Below, piece by piece: positions 1-12,555 of a DNA stretch of 64,000 nucleotides. This stretch comes from Cirrosporium novae-zelandiae. Its lineage: Eukaryota. Each line of letters begins with the position of its first letter. Position 1 is the stretch's first letter. Where the stretch lies: positions 1 to 64,000 of the forward strand of contig JAPETS010000055.1 of NCBI GenBank assembly GCA_026023565.1. The letters are read 5' to 3'. The translations under genes and the position numbers were made by a program. The notes beneath the pieces are model-generated. The model saw only the letters and a program-made list of their open reading frames with translations. It was not told the origin of the DNA and did not search any database.

Positions 1-23
1 GGGGGGGGGGGGGGGGGGGGGGG
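1..23. repeat. poly-G homopolymer at the window edge
   Basis: 23 consecutive G; may be a contig-end artefact. Confidence 0.9.
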
Positions 24-966
24 TTGAAGAAGCTACAGCACTCTCTACGAAGTTATGGGGATTTTTCCCAATCTTTAAGGCTTTCAAGGGGCAAGTGTAA
101 GTTTTGAGTTTTAAGGGAGGGGGGAGGGACATGGGAGGTGGAGATGGATGGATGGATGGATGGATGGAATATTGTGCTGAAGAAGAAGAAAAGGATAATA
201 TATAGATCTCCAAGTTTGAACTTATATTGCATTTGCGTTTGCATTTGCATTTGTTAGGTTTATATAAACGACTGACTTGAATTGAACCAAACTCACTAAA
301 AACCAGACTAGACTAAACTGAAAAACACCTCCACCTAACCTTGAACAAACAAAAACAAAAAAACTCCTAATTCTCCTCATCTTAACCCTAATCTAGTACC
401 CTGGAAGGTTTTTCCACAGGCCGAAGAAGTATAATTTATAAGTGAATGAATGAATGAATAAAACGCCGAGTAGAGGAAAGAAAGAGCAAGAGAAGAAAAA
501 ACAAAAACAAAAAGCCAACTTGATTGCTTGAAAAAAAGAAATCATATCATCTTGATCCTTGAGGAAGAGGGAGGGAAAAGGAAGAAGGGAGAAAGGGAGA
601 GCTTTATAAGGGAGGGTCCTCAAAAATTCTTAAGATTCCCTACTAGACTCATTCCATCCCATCCCATCTATCCTCCCCACGTCGAGTAGTTATGAAAGAC
701 CATGTTGTAAAAAGATCTGTTGCCGCCGCCGCCGCCGTATGCATGCATGCGCAAGGTAAGGAAAAACTCAATTGACTATCGCCGCTCCGGGGTATCATCA
801 ACGCGCAAGCTAAAAAGGGCTGTTTTCGAACTAAAGCCGTTAGCCATATATCCCAAAAGACTCCTCTTCCTGTCCATTATGTACGCAAAAGCAAACACTA
901 TGCGGTTATCTTACAGATTTGAAAAAATATCAATTGTGGTTCCACCCTAGGATCCAGGGAGAGTTT

Positions 967-1194
967 TCAATCCACCTTGCAGAAAGCGCACAGCTCATGG
1001 CCGCAGGAGACGCATGGGCCAGATCCTACGCGGTTCGGCCCGTTGTTGCAGCAGCAGCAGGTCCACAGCTTGGGGCGCGGACGGCCCCCACGGGGTCGTG
1101 TCATCGGTGTTTCGTCCATTGTGGTACACATGTGTGGGGGACTATCGGGGAAGGAGAGGGAGAGTTCGGAGAAGGGGTCTTCGGATGGTGCCAT
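967..1194 (-). CDS. small Cys-rich Zn-ribbon-like protein (75 aa)
   Basis: First ATG at 1194 (MAPSEDPF...). C-terminus WTCCCCNNGPN...CVSCGHELCAFC matches the WxCCxCxxGP...CxxCxHxxCxxC pattern of small fungal Zn-binding proteins. Confidence 0.6.
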   Translation of the reverse strand: MAPSEDPFSELSLSFPDSPPHMCTTMDETPMTRPRGGRPRPKLWTCCCCNNGPNRVGSGPCVSCGHELCAFCKVD

Positions 1195-3044
1195 CTTTGA
1201 AGCGCTGAAAAGGTTGTTGGAGCTTCTATGTTGTTGCGAAGCCACGTCAAGCTCTTAGGGGTACAGAGAGTTAGGAAGATGTGGGTTTGAATCAGATATC
1301 TTCAGAAACGTCAAGTGAAGTTGATAGTTGTAAGGACTTGTGAGTTTTGAAGTTGTGGTGATGGGGAAACTCAAATTGAAAGGATTTGCTATTTGTTATA
1401 TATGAGATCGTTTTGGCGTACTGAGGCTATGCGTGCGAATTTTTTTGCACTCTGCAAGCGGTGATCCATCATAACTGTGAGAGCAACGGCCTGAGGAAAG
1501 GTCTTTAGCCAACAGTCATAGAATTGGGATAATGATGGGGGATACTGTTAAAGACGCATAGGCTAGGCACTTCCAATTAGGTTGGAATAATGGCCCGCTT
1601 CATTCTATACGCTCAAAGAGCTCCTCTGTATAATCGAGCAGGAAAGGCTGATTAGCTGAAGGTCAATTTTAACCATTTCCCTCCTTTGACATTAGCAAAG
1701 GCATCAGTGGGAGTCTCCGCCCCGTACAGCGTCGCCGCAATGGAGGCTATTGATGATGAACGGGAGGTCCTTGCGGTATTCAATTCGAATTTCGTGAGTA
1801 TTCCTAGAACCATGCTAGTAGGTAAATCCTGAGCGAATCCTGTCTGGAGATCAATCGATCAGGGATCGTTCGTAGGGCCGATAACGCTTGAATCAAGTCA
1901 AGAATATCTGCTACCAACAGGCAGTAAAGGCAGTGCAATTTGCATTGTGTGGATCTTCTACACAAAAGGGGGGATGAAGAATTGATACTGGCAAAGCAGA
2001 TTTAGAAAGCTGAAAGATTGTAAACCACCGAAAAACTCTCATACAGAATAGAATAGAGAGTAGGTTTGCCATGGAGGGGGTAACAGTCAAGTAACAAAAA
2101 AGAAGTTGTTGAAAGGGCGCTCTAGATAGCAATAGGCCATTGCAGCTACTTGAGATCCACTAGAAGCGTTTTACTGTTCTTGAAGCGTTCGCCTTATGGC
2201 CTTGGAGGTACCGCAGGTGAGCGGCACAGTTAAGAATAACTCAGGCAGAGTAGGCGCCTATCACATGAATAGAATACAATGCGGCGCGGCTAATATCTTC
2301 TAGGATCAAGACGACCTTGTACTCAGAAAAGTACCTGAGGCCATCCAGAGAAATACAGGAATCGATAATATTCCCTGAACAAAATATTAAATGGAATGAA
2401 ATATCGTGCCTCGTGAGAATATCATATTAATTGCGGCTTAGAAATATTCCAGTGGTCATATTTTTGAAGTGTAGTGATAGAAAGCTTAAAGTCACTAGCT
2501 TCCTGGCGGCAATAGAAGATTGAAAAAGAAATGCGAGAAGAAGCAGCCCCATAGTCATGCAGATAAGATCGCTGCATGCAAGATATGACTATATTAAGGA
2601 GATTAGGAGATGGACGGGACACTCGGGTTCAGGTTTTCATTTGCTGAACGAATTTCCAGACAGCTCAGTGGTTCGCTGATTGAAAACGCCTTGCTGAGCC
2701 ATGAATTGGTAGACTCGCTTTTACCAGTGTCTAGAGCGCTAAGTTGAAGTTAGATTGGTCTGAGGGCGAGTATTTGGCGTAGATATCCCCCTCTATGGCT
2801 TTGCCGCCGGATCTTGCAAGGGTAACAACATGACACACAGGTTGATAGAACCTGTGGAGTAGAGGGGTTGCATTCAACTAGCGATATGCAAGAACCATTC
2901 ATTGGTAGTAGATATATATATGAGCTGAATTCCGTCCTTCGATAGAGCTTGGGGTAGAAATGATTGTTGTTGACATTGTTCAGTTGAAATTTCTCAGTGG
3001 TACAGCAGCCAATCACCGAACACTAAACTTCAAGTGTTTTGTGT

Positions 3045-3140
3045 GAATTGTTTGCATTGTTTGCATTGTTTGCATTGTTTGCATTGTTTGTAATTTCCTA
3101 GCCACCAATCCATCTCCCATCACTAGCCCATGAACAAACT
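3045..3140. repeat. dispersed hairpin/9-mer repeat family, copy A
   Basis: (TTGTTTGCA)x4 followed by ACTAGCCCATGAACAAAC, 16/18 identical to the motif ACTGGTCCATGAACAAAC of copy C (29.9 kb, minus strand); also similar to copy B. Confidence 0.55.
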
Positions 3141-4481
3141 ATTTAAATCGACATTTTCGTTACTATTGGATGAATATGTTCATATATTGCCTCATTTAAA
3201 CAAATATTTGCAAAACGATTTTGCCAACTCCATTTTTCTCGGCCTCAACCTATACGTTATCAAGAATGACAATGACAAGTCACTTTCAACAAAACGAATA
3301 GTTACGCATATACCTATCAGATTATGATATCCCAAAGAATACAACTCTCCAGAATAGTCATCTTTCCTGGAAGGCCTCATAACTTCATTAATTCGGTCGC
3401 CAAGTCACCCATAAGGCTGTGCAAACCAAGAACCCCTTAGCTTTTCATCAATTCGTTAGTCGTTTCCACCATGACAACAGAGACGTCCAATATGTATTCT
3501 AGCCTTCTTGTCAATGCTACCCCCTGTGTACACATGAGTTCCCCAGTCATTACCAACATCCTCTTCCTATCGAGACCAAGGTCCAACAGTCCCTCCCTTC
3601 AAATGTAGCGAAATATTCCTGCAGGCTTGTTGGTCTTCCTCATATACCCATCAACTCAACGTTTGCTTGAGGACCCCTGGCTGCTTAGGTGTGACAAAAG
3701 AACATCCCTAAAGTATAAACCTCTTCATTAACATATGACTAGGCCGTGGTTGCAGGGCTAGAGAGGTCTGTCGTTCAGGATGTCTCCGGTAGCCATAGCA
3801 CGGTCAGTATTTCCGCTATAATTGTTGAGTAATAGATGAATAAAAACAGCCTAATACTGTATTTTTCGTATAATATCCGTGCGACTCGAGCTCGGAGAAC
3901 TTTGCAAAACTATTTAAAGTAAAGCTAGTGGTCTGCCTTAAATGTATACTGAGCAAAATCCAACCTTTCAACCACAGGAACCCAGGTCCTTCACCATAAT
4001 GGCTACTAGATAGAATCTTCAAAGTATCTAGTCAAATCCACAAATATCATTTTGGACCTTGGTTATAAGGGCTTTGGTGCTACCTCCAAGGACACAGCGC
4101 ACACTTCACACGGTCTATCTTCCCTATCAGATATTGCGATAGTGTTGCTAGCCCTCATCCTATCAGCAGAAAAAATGGTCTTCGACTAAGAATAGATGAA
4201 GGCTAGGAGGGAGCGTTGGCCAGATAAGAGATGTAGGTGACTCCGAAGATATAGAAAATAACTAGGGCAGGGGGCACGCAGGAGAAGAAATAACTTTCGC
4301 AGCAATAAAATAGAGCGAAAGGAGTATGAGAGTGTAATGAGGTTGCTGTAGCTAGAACATATTTATTTCCTTTCGTATCCAAGGATTTGACAACGCAATA
4401 ATTGGAGATTGTAATTGGAGATCGTAAATAAACGACCAGAATCAGAAATCGGACGGTCGCCAGTCTGCAAGCGTTAGCCAG

Positions 4482-7199
4482 TCAAAATTCCTGTGGGTTA
4501 AAGCCTTGTTCTCGCATAGTATTGAGTTGTAAGGGGAAATATTCAAATATTTTAGGAAAGCTTCCCGGTGAGAGGCCAGAAGTTGTAGCATCGAAGAGGT
4601 CATTCCGGGTTCCGTTCATAAGTGCACTAACATCGGGAGCTGCTAGGCTGCCATAAAAGTCCTCAGATAAATCATCAACGGTAAAACTTGAATGGCCGAA
4701 AAAATCTGACCTTGGATTTGCTGGTGTCATCAAAGTAGGTGTTGGTTGAAGGCTAATAGATTCAGCCGTGTTAAGGGGTTGGCTTTGAAGTATTGCTTGA
4801 CCTTTACCCACATTCCCAGGGCCAGATTTCAAGTGATAATCACTGATATCAGTTGATGAGAGGCTCTGATGAGGGGAGGGAGCTGTGGTGGCTGTCGTTT
4901 GAGACTCGGGGGAGATGAGTGCAGGTAGACTCGTAGGTGAGCTTATAGAGCAGGACCTGCCTAGCTTTGAAGTTATTTGACGATCAAAGGAGCCTGACGC
5001 TGATAGTAAAGCAGACGGCGGTGGAAGACTTGGTCGCTTATTGACATCTGACAATACGTCTACAGCTAGCCGAGCGGGGGCTGAAATACTCCCCCCTCTT
5101 CTTTTAATGGTGATAGTTTCAACTTTGTCGCCAGGATCCCGGCCACCCTGAAATTCTTGTACTGATTGATCTTCCTCCTTGATAGAAGGAGGGCTCTTGA
5201 TTCCGTTTGCAAATGCATCGTATCTGATACTCCCGAATTCAGTAAACAAATCTTCATATTTGGTCCATTCTTCCAGCCCTCCTCCTTCTCCTCTCCAGAC
5301 ATCAGGTGCATTTTTGAGAACATCGTTGTACACATTGTTTAACGTCCTTATCGTCCGTAGCCAACCCGTAGCCATGCACAGCCGGGACTGCATGTCGATG
5401 AGTAGAGTCATGGCTCGCTGTGTCTGTTTCCTACCTCGGTTGCTGAAAGCAATAGTGTTTGCAGAGCTCTCTTCTGATTCTGAGCACATGTATCGATTTG
5501 GGTCCATCCATGGAAACTTTATGGCATATATGCCCACAAACGCGACCGTGTATATGGCAAACCCCATCATGGGCGTTTCGGTGAGAACACGTTCTTGATG
5601 ACAGACTCGAACCAGATCTATAATGTCCCGTGCGGCTTTAAATAGAGAACTTCCACTCTCTTCCCAGAAATTATGCGGGATTTTGTATTGGTTGGGAGGA
5701 AATGTTGGCTGATCCAGGGGACCCATTGGACTTTTACAGCGGACAGCACTAAATGGAACATATTCACGATGTAAGATTATTAAACAAAGGAAATAGACGG
5801 TATGGATAAATGTATACGAAGCAGCCGAGGCCGAATTATGCGCTATTTGGGCACGAATATTTAAAAGGGTAAAGGCGAACTTCTGAGGAAGATCGGCTTG
5901 AAATTGTTTCAAGTCTTCCATAAATTGAGCGAATTGTGACTGCATGTCCCATGGAGGGAATCTCTCGGTTCTATAGCATGTTAAATCTGCATCCATTGTG
6001 ACGTATCATAAGCCATACCTCCTGCCACCATTGCATGACCATTGAGCAACTTTAGACCAAAGTGCAACAATCTTGATGACCAGACTAAGCACTCCTTCTT
6101 CGTGGCCAATCTCCAGCCTTGGTAAATTGCTACCTCTGATCGGTTGGAGCTCACAGTCTGAAGGTTCGCTTTTGTGAAGTGGAAGTCTGCATGTTTTCAC
6201 CGGCTGGCCAATGGCGAATGCAGAATCACTGCAAGGCAGTTGAACTTTGATATCTTCGATGCGAATCATCTGTTTTCTATTTTTCCCGTTGCTTGTGTAT
6301 CGATCCATGATGAAGCAACTCCAAAATGTTCGCCGTAGAATTTCTTTCTCGACAATATTGTTCACTTTGGGCACATGATAATCCTGGCACATGTGAGATG
6401 AGTTTTGGTAGGGAGCCGATTGACAACCTTCTGGATCCCGCGATTTTATAGAAGTAGTTGCATCCCCATCTATTTCTTCCAATTCCATATTCTGTGCCAT
6501 ACGAATGGCATATCCAACCAGACCCCACGCTTCTCTTCCTCTACACATGCCCCATTCATAAAGACTGAGCATGAGAAAGGCCTGAACGCGGTCCAATGAT
6601 GGTGTTGCAAGTTCCGACCCATTAACGCCATTTATCCGTGCCCGTAAAGCGTCAGCATAGTATTGAGAAGCTTTGAGGGGGGTGGAGAGCCCCGGAGGCG
6701 AAAAGTAAGCAACCAAGCTTGGGTGGAAGCGTGCACATAATGTAAGAATACCCAGAAGGATTAACGGCGATGTTTGCTTTGGTGAAGATCTTTTACGATC
6801 AGCATGCGCGTCTTCGCGACCTTCGACCGTGTCGCGGAGGTCGGCTCGAAACGTTGGCGGATGAAGAAAAGAGAGTTCTGTAGAAAAGTGAAGCTGGAAA
6901 TATTCCCATAGTTCCATCCACACTTTAAGTGTAAGTACATCATTGACCAAGAGTGACGACCTGATCCGAATAGGCGTTGCTGTATTTCTCCACGGGCGTT
7001 GCTTCTTTGCAACAGGTCCGTCTCCGTCGTAATCTCCATCCTTACTTTCATCTCTATTTCTTTTTGTGCTTGTGGTTGGCAATATATATTCGCACTCTCG
7101 ATTAGCAGCATGGCACGCCCTGCAAATTGTTTCGACGCCGCCGTTAACGCATTTCACTTTGCTCTTTCTACACCTGGCGCATGCAATGCTCGAACGCAT
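4482..7199 (-). CDS. Zn(II)2Cys6 transcription factor with fungal-specific TF domain
   Basis: MRSSIACARCRKSKVKC...CRACHAANREC binuclear cluster and RRTFWSCFIMDRY middle-homology motif. GT-AG intron 5971-6018 joins the two ORFs in frame (GGRR/TERFPPW). The start could lie slightly upstream. Confidence 0.92.
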
Positions 7200-8403
7200 T
7201 TTCCCTCGGATTCGACGGACATTCGTATGCAAGTATGATGGATTTTATGATACTTGCATCGCGACAGGAAGCGCAGTTGTTTGCGCGGCGACGTGAATTT
7301 CCAGAGTCAAGATGGAATGGAAAGGCTTTTGAGAGGCTATAGGTGATGCTGCTAGTATCCGATAACTCGGATGTGAATAGATAGGCCATAAGAATCAGAC
7401 GGGAGAAAATGGCGTCTAGCCTGTCGTGTGTTTGGTGTGCTTCGTTGTCGCAATCGATAGGGTAGCTAGACACGGCAGAGGACATGGTATCTGGCACAAG
7501 GGGGGGGACGGGGAATATCTTCCATATGAAGACCGAGAATGCAGCCAGGTTTTCTGATTTCTTATTTTGCAAGGTATCGAAGCAACTACGAAAACAATCA
7601 CTTCAATCCAGTTCAACAATTCGAGCACAAATTCCGACCCTTGGATGTTGCGCATTCATGTCATGTTCTGTGTACTTGGCACTTTGTAGAAAAGGGCCGT
7701 CTAAGAAAAAGAAAAAAAAAAGGATCACGCGAGTACTAAAGTATTGCAATAGACATTGGATTGACAACTCCAGCACCTCTCGTTTCCGGTAGACACTTTT
7801 GTTGGGGTCTGGATATCCGCATTTCCCCCTGTCAAATGGTGGAGCTCTGATTCCTCAGTCTTATATGATGGATACAAGATCGAGGCTATGTTGATTCAAA
7901 TTAGTATCTTGTCGAAACACTCGCGGTCTGTAGCCACTAATTCCGTGTAACCTCATGCAAATAAGCTGGAGAGACTTTCTAGGATGTGATATACAAGCTA
8001 TCGATATGAGATCCGAGTAATATACTTTCGCACAAAGTTTGTCGTATTGCTTATACTTTATTGATTGTAGAGTGGTGTGTACATGTCATGGCTATTCTAT
8101 AGCTGCATCAAATGGTTCAATTCTATAACTATCCCATGTTACACGTCATGATATTTCATTTGCTGGTTCCAAATATACTTCCAGCTTGCCAATTTTAGAT
8201 GTCCCGCCTATTTCTTTTGGATGATCTCATACCCGATAAACGACCGTGATGCCCAGAGATGGGTCTCATAAATTTTCCACGTCAATAAACATTATATGCA
8301 AGAAGATGCTCGATATTCAACAGGTGAGCTAATTAGTGGTGATGCAAAAAATCGTTGGCCTTTTTCCAAGGACCTATACGCATCCCTAATGTCGTGATCC
8401 GGA

Positions 8404-9269
8404 CTAGCTGCAGTTGACAAGCTGTAGAACCTCGATCGTGACAGGAGAGCATTGCGCAGCCCAGTTGCGATCGTACAAATTGTAGAAGTTCCCACTCAGG
8501 CATTGGTAGAAGACGTTAGATCCTCCAAGGGCCAAGCTACCGTTGGAGCAGACAGAGAAACCAGCAGTATAGATAGATCCAGCTTGTGGGGGATCGTCAA
8601 ATTGGAACTGATAGTTGGAAGCGATGTAACCAGTACGACCCTTAGCGTCTTTGAGGACAGTTCCGGAGAGTGTAAGCTCGAGCGTCGAATTGGTCTTGCA
8701 AGCAACCGTAACGGTCCCAGAACTGGATGAGACAGCACTACTCGTGGCTGGAGTGGTATCTTTCGCTTCGAGCTTAAATGTTGGACTGGAGACTGGAGTG
8801 GTAGCTGAGGCCTGTACTTGGCTATCACTAGCTTGTGTGGTAGCTGCCAATTCATTGTGCAATCCTGCCTGGACCTGGCCTGTTCAAAATTATTATTATC
8901 AAGTGTCTCTGGAGAGCTTCATGAATGCTTACCATCGATGATCTGGGATACACGAGCTATCGGAAGGGCTGTTGGCGTCGAGGAAACACTCTGTGTGATA
9001 AATTGCCCACTATTTACCTCCTCAGTAGCTGTATATATCACTAGAATCGAGCAAACTTACTCGGATAGATCTCTAGCTTGACGCTTCGCAGCGGCGGATG
9101 TAGCTATAGCCTGGACTGCGATTCCAAAAGTCCCTGAGTAAGAAGCAGAACACCCTGATGGAGCAGATGCAGTCGGGGCAATGTCTGAGGTAACACCCTG
9201 AGGTATAGGGGCTGGAATCGCCTGTACGGTGGCTGCTACTGCAGCGAAAACGGCGAGAGCGTACTGCAT
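8404..9269 (-). CDS. PIR/CIS3-like covalently linked cell-wall mannoprotein
   Basis: Signal peptide, KR (Kex2-like) site, DGQ repeats, and C-terminal GRTGYIASNYQFQFD...CLSGNFYNLY 4-Cys domain. Introns 9010-9060 and 8880-8932. Confidence 0.9.
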
Positions 9270-10683
9270 ATTGGGAAATATTTGATTGCAGATAGTTGTA
9301 GTGGTAAAATAGGAAGGCTTATGGCTATTTACAGCAAAGTAGCCGATTCAAACAAGAAATGTGTGATAGAGCGAAAGAGTACAATCACAAATATTTCAGT
9401 GATGGGCACGGTAGACGGTGTATAAAAAGAAGGGTGGATGTGCACACAAACAGATAGTACACAACTTAGGAGATATGAAGAAGAAATTGCAGGCTGAGGG
9501 AGCAGAAGTCAATAAGTACCCTGGTGGGGTTGTTTTCGTATTGGATGATAAACAAGATGATTTGAAGAAAAGCAGTAAATCATGACGGAAGGGGTTTCAC
9601 CTGGCCATGTTTGGATGTCCACCCAGCCATAGAATGGGATTGAAAGGGTTGTAGTTGTTTGTCTAGATTCTAGGGCGTCTCGTCTTTGGACGAGTTGAAT
9701 CCGTTACATTTGTTCGTTTTACGCGTCGAGTTACCGCTAGCCAACAAGGAGTGGAAGAATGGGAATTGGCATAGGAAGACACCGCCCCGCGTTTGAAGTT
9801 CCGCCACACCCGCTGAAGCTTATTATGCTTGTCCTTGTCCAGAAACCTGCCACCTGCCCACACTTCACCTGCCACACAAAAGTCCCTGCCACAGAAAAAA
9901 CAAACAGAAAAACATCTCCAGCTGACAAGAATAAAGGATATCCATACATCAGCATGTTGCCAATATAACAGGTTTAATTCCCAACCCCCACTGGAAATCC
10001 TTGTCCCACCCACATGAATAATTTATTCATCCTTACTTTCCCCTCTTTTCCTCTATTCTCCTCTTCAACGTCATTTGCAGACCACTTTGGTCAAGCAATT
10101 CAACTTCTCCTGAGCCCCAAACCCTGCCAATTAAATATTTCCTAGCCGACCATTGATCTGTCACCAGTCGTCCATTCCTCGCCACAATTGAAACGAAGAA
10201 TCCTCTTGGCACTGGTTCTCTCTCCAATCGAAAATCCCAGCCCTAAAAGGAATTTTTTTGTCATAGAAAATCTAATACGCCAGGGGCTGGATGATCCGCT
10301 ATGCCTGGCATGCTTTCAACATCTCCACATTTTAGTATTAAACTCAACTCCTAAGAGGCCAAAGACTCTCATCCCTTCATTTGACGAGTTCCACTCGCCG
10401 TCACCATTCACCAACATCATGACCATGTCCTTCCGGTCCAACTGGGCTTAACAAAGAAGTAGCAAAGTATGTTTTTTGTTCGAAACAGCTACTAATGTTT
10501 CCTCGATACTTCACTTGTTAAAATTACCATGCATCATCAACTTCTCGCTGGAGACGGTGAAAATCCCGTAACAAAGTACGGTGATCCGAAACTTTACTGG
10601 TCCACGTTGTAAGAATAACAAAGTGTAGGTTCACATACCCCTGCAGCTGTTGTTGCATTGTTCCAAAGTAAATCTAAATTGGT

Positions 10684-12147
10684 TTATATCTTCGACTTTA
10701 TATCCTTCATATCTTGAGGCATTCCTACCCTCCAACTGATATCTACATCCCCATCATCTTTGACATCTTTCCATTTCCACCGTTTCTTGGACTGCTCTCC
10801 GCCTTCGATGAGCTCTTTTACCCATTTACCCAAAACGGGCAACATTTTATAACCATGGCCTGAATCACCACTGATAACTGCCAGCCCCTCTTTACCAGGC
10901 ACAAAGTCAATGATATACTCAGAGTCCCGCGTATCTGCGCACCAGCAGAGCGTTTTGTTAATAAGTGGTCTATCCGCTAGCTTGGGGAGCGTCTCCCTGA
11001 GCAAGCGACGGATCAATTGCTCATCTTCTGTGGGAATAAAAGCGTACTGCTGGGTTGTTGTTGGCGGGACCGAAAGCCTTGACCCCGATTGATAGTTTGT
11101 AATACCGGCATTTGCAGAACACAGCTTGAGAAGATGTGTTTTGGGATCTGGCTCAAAAAAGAACCCAATATCACGTGCATAGGTGACAGGAATTCCCATA
11201 AGAGGAGCCGCTTCTTCAGGAGTGAGGGCAACATGAGCGACAGGCCAGGCTTTACCAGTGACCTGGACGTGAATGGATGGAATCAGGGAAGCAGCTGATG
11301 CCCCGAGACAGATTATCGTAAGTGGGGATTTATATTGTTTACCTGAAGCTGTCGATGCACCGATGCATTTGTTGCCAGAATAAAGTATTTCTGTCACTCC
11401 ATCGTCCAAGTGAAAAGTAACGCCAAGCGCAATGCAAGCCGAGTACACCGCACGCATTGCATCAGCAGCATGGGCATATCCCGCACGTTTGTTGAAGTAT
11501 CCTGTCCAGGCCATTGGGCCATCAAACACTGGTACCAGGGAAGAAATCGTATCCCGTTTGTTAATAGGAATAATTTGGTCTGCGAATGCAGGATGCGATG
11601 AAATGGAGGATAGAGAGCGCTGCAAGGTGGCTTTGCTTTTAGCAGGAGCCGTAGCGGATGTGGCCAGCAAATATCCATTCTGATGATAATAAGGAGCAAA
11701 AAGTGGCGACTGCCATTCCTTGATTGCGTCCTAGATACAGTCAGGAACGGTGTACGTGTACATGCTGAATGACAAAGGTCAACATTGCGGAGAACTGTTC
11801 AGATCAACATGACCACACTAAATGACTAGGAAGCTGCCTGATGAACCCAAACTAGATGTTGGAGCTTCCATATGCATCACTAACGCAGTTGACAATTTAA
11901 AGGATAGCTAACATGCTCGAGGGATACTGACTAAAGCGAGTTCAGCGTAGAACGGGTCCTCATATTCAGCCCTGATAATTTTATTTAAATCATTTCCAGC
12001 AGAAAATTCCGAAGGAACACTGGATCCTTTTTCGAGGACTGTAATATTTTTATAGCCAGACTTGGATAGATGGTATGCGGTAGAGAGGCCGAAGGTGCCG
12101 GCACCCAGGATAAGAACAGACGTATTGATATCAGACTTGAGAGTCAT
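10684..12147 (-). CDS. FAD-dependent amine oxidase, MSOX/fructosyl-amino-acid/pipecolate/saccharopine oxidase family
   Basis: ILGAGTFG Rossmann motif, SAGNDLNKIIR, CWCADT (covalent-FAD Cys motif), GDSGHGYK, C-terminal -SKI (PTS1-like). Intron 11731-11931. Confidence 0.92.
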
Positions 12148-12555
12148 GGTGGCTTGGGAGCGAAAGATCTTGCTTGGACCAATGCTGAAGAGAGAGCCTG
12201 AACACCCATATTTAAAAGGCGCAGTCAAACAGCCCAGTTTACGGATTTGCACGAATTCTGGGGATACCTCAATGGATTGTCGATGGTTTTGATTTCTCAA
12301 ATTTTGGAGGAAGGTGGAGGCGAGCTAATGGCTTCATATGAGCGGCAAATTACCCCGGGTTTCTTATCTGTTATCAGTCCCAAAGCTTCATCCCAAATAC
12401 TTGATCGATAGCTACCTACTTCCTTGGTGAAAAGTAAATGCTTTTCATGATGATCTCCTATCATCTCTTCATTATCATGCCATTTTCCTTTGATACCCAT
12501 CTTTCATAGGCAGGCAGGTGTTTGTTGGTTTTCATGGTTAGCTACTCCACTCAAT

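Noticed and set aside
3300..4130. Coding-like, TA-rich stretch that might be a decayed transposon
   Set aside because: Stops in all frames I tried and no recognisable motif
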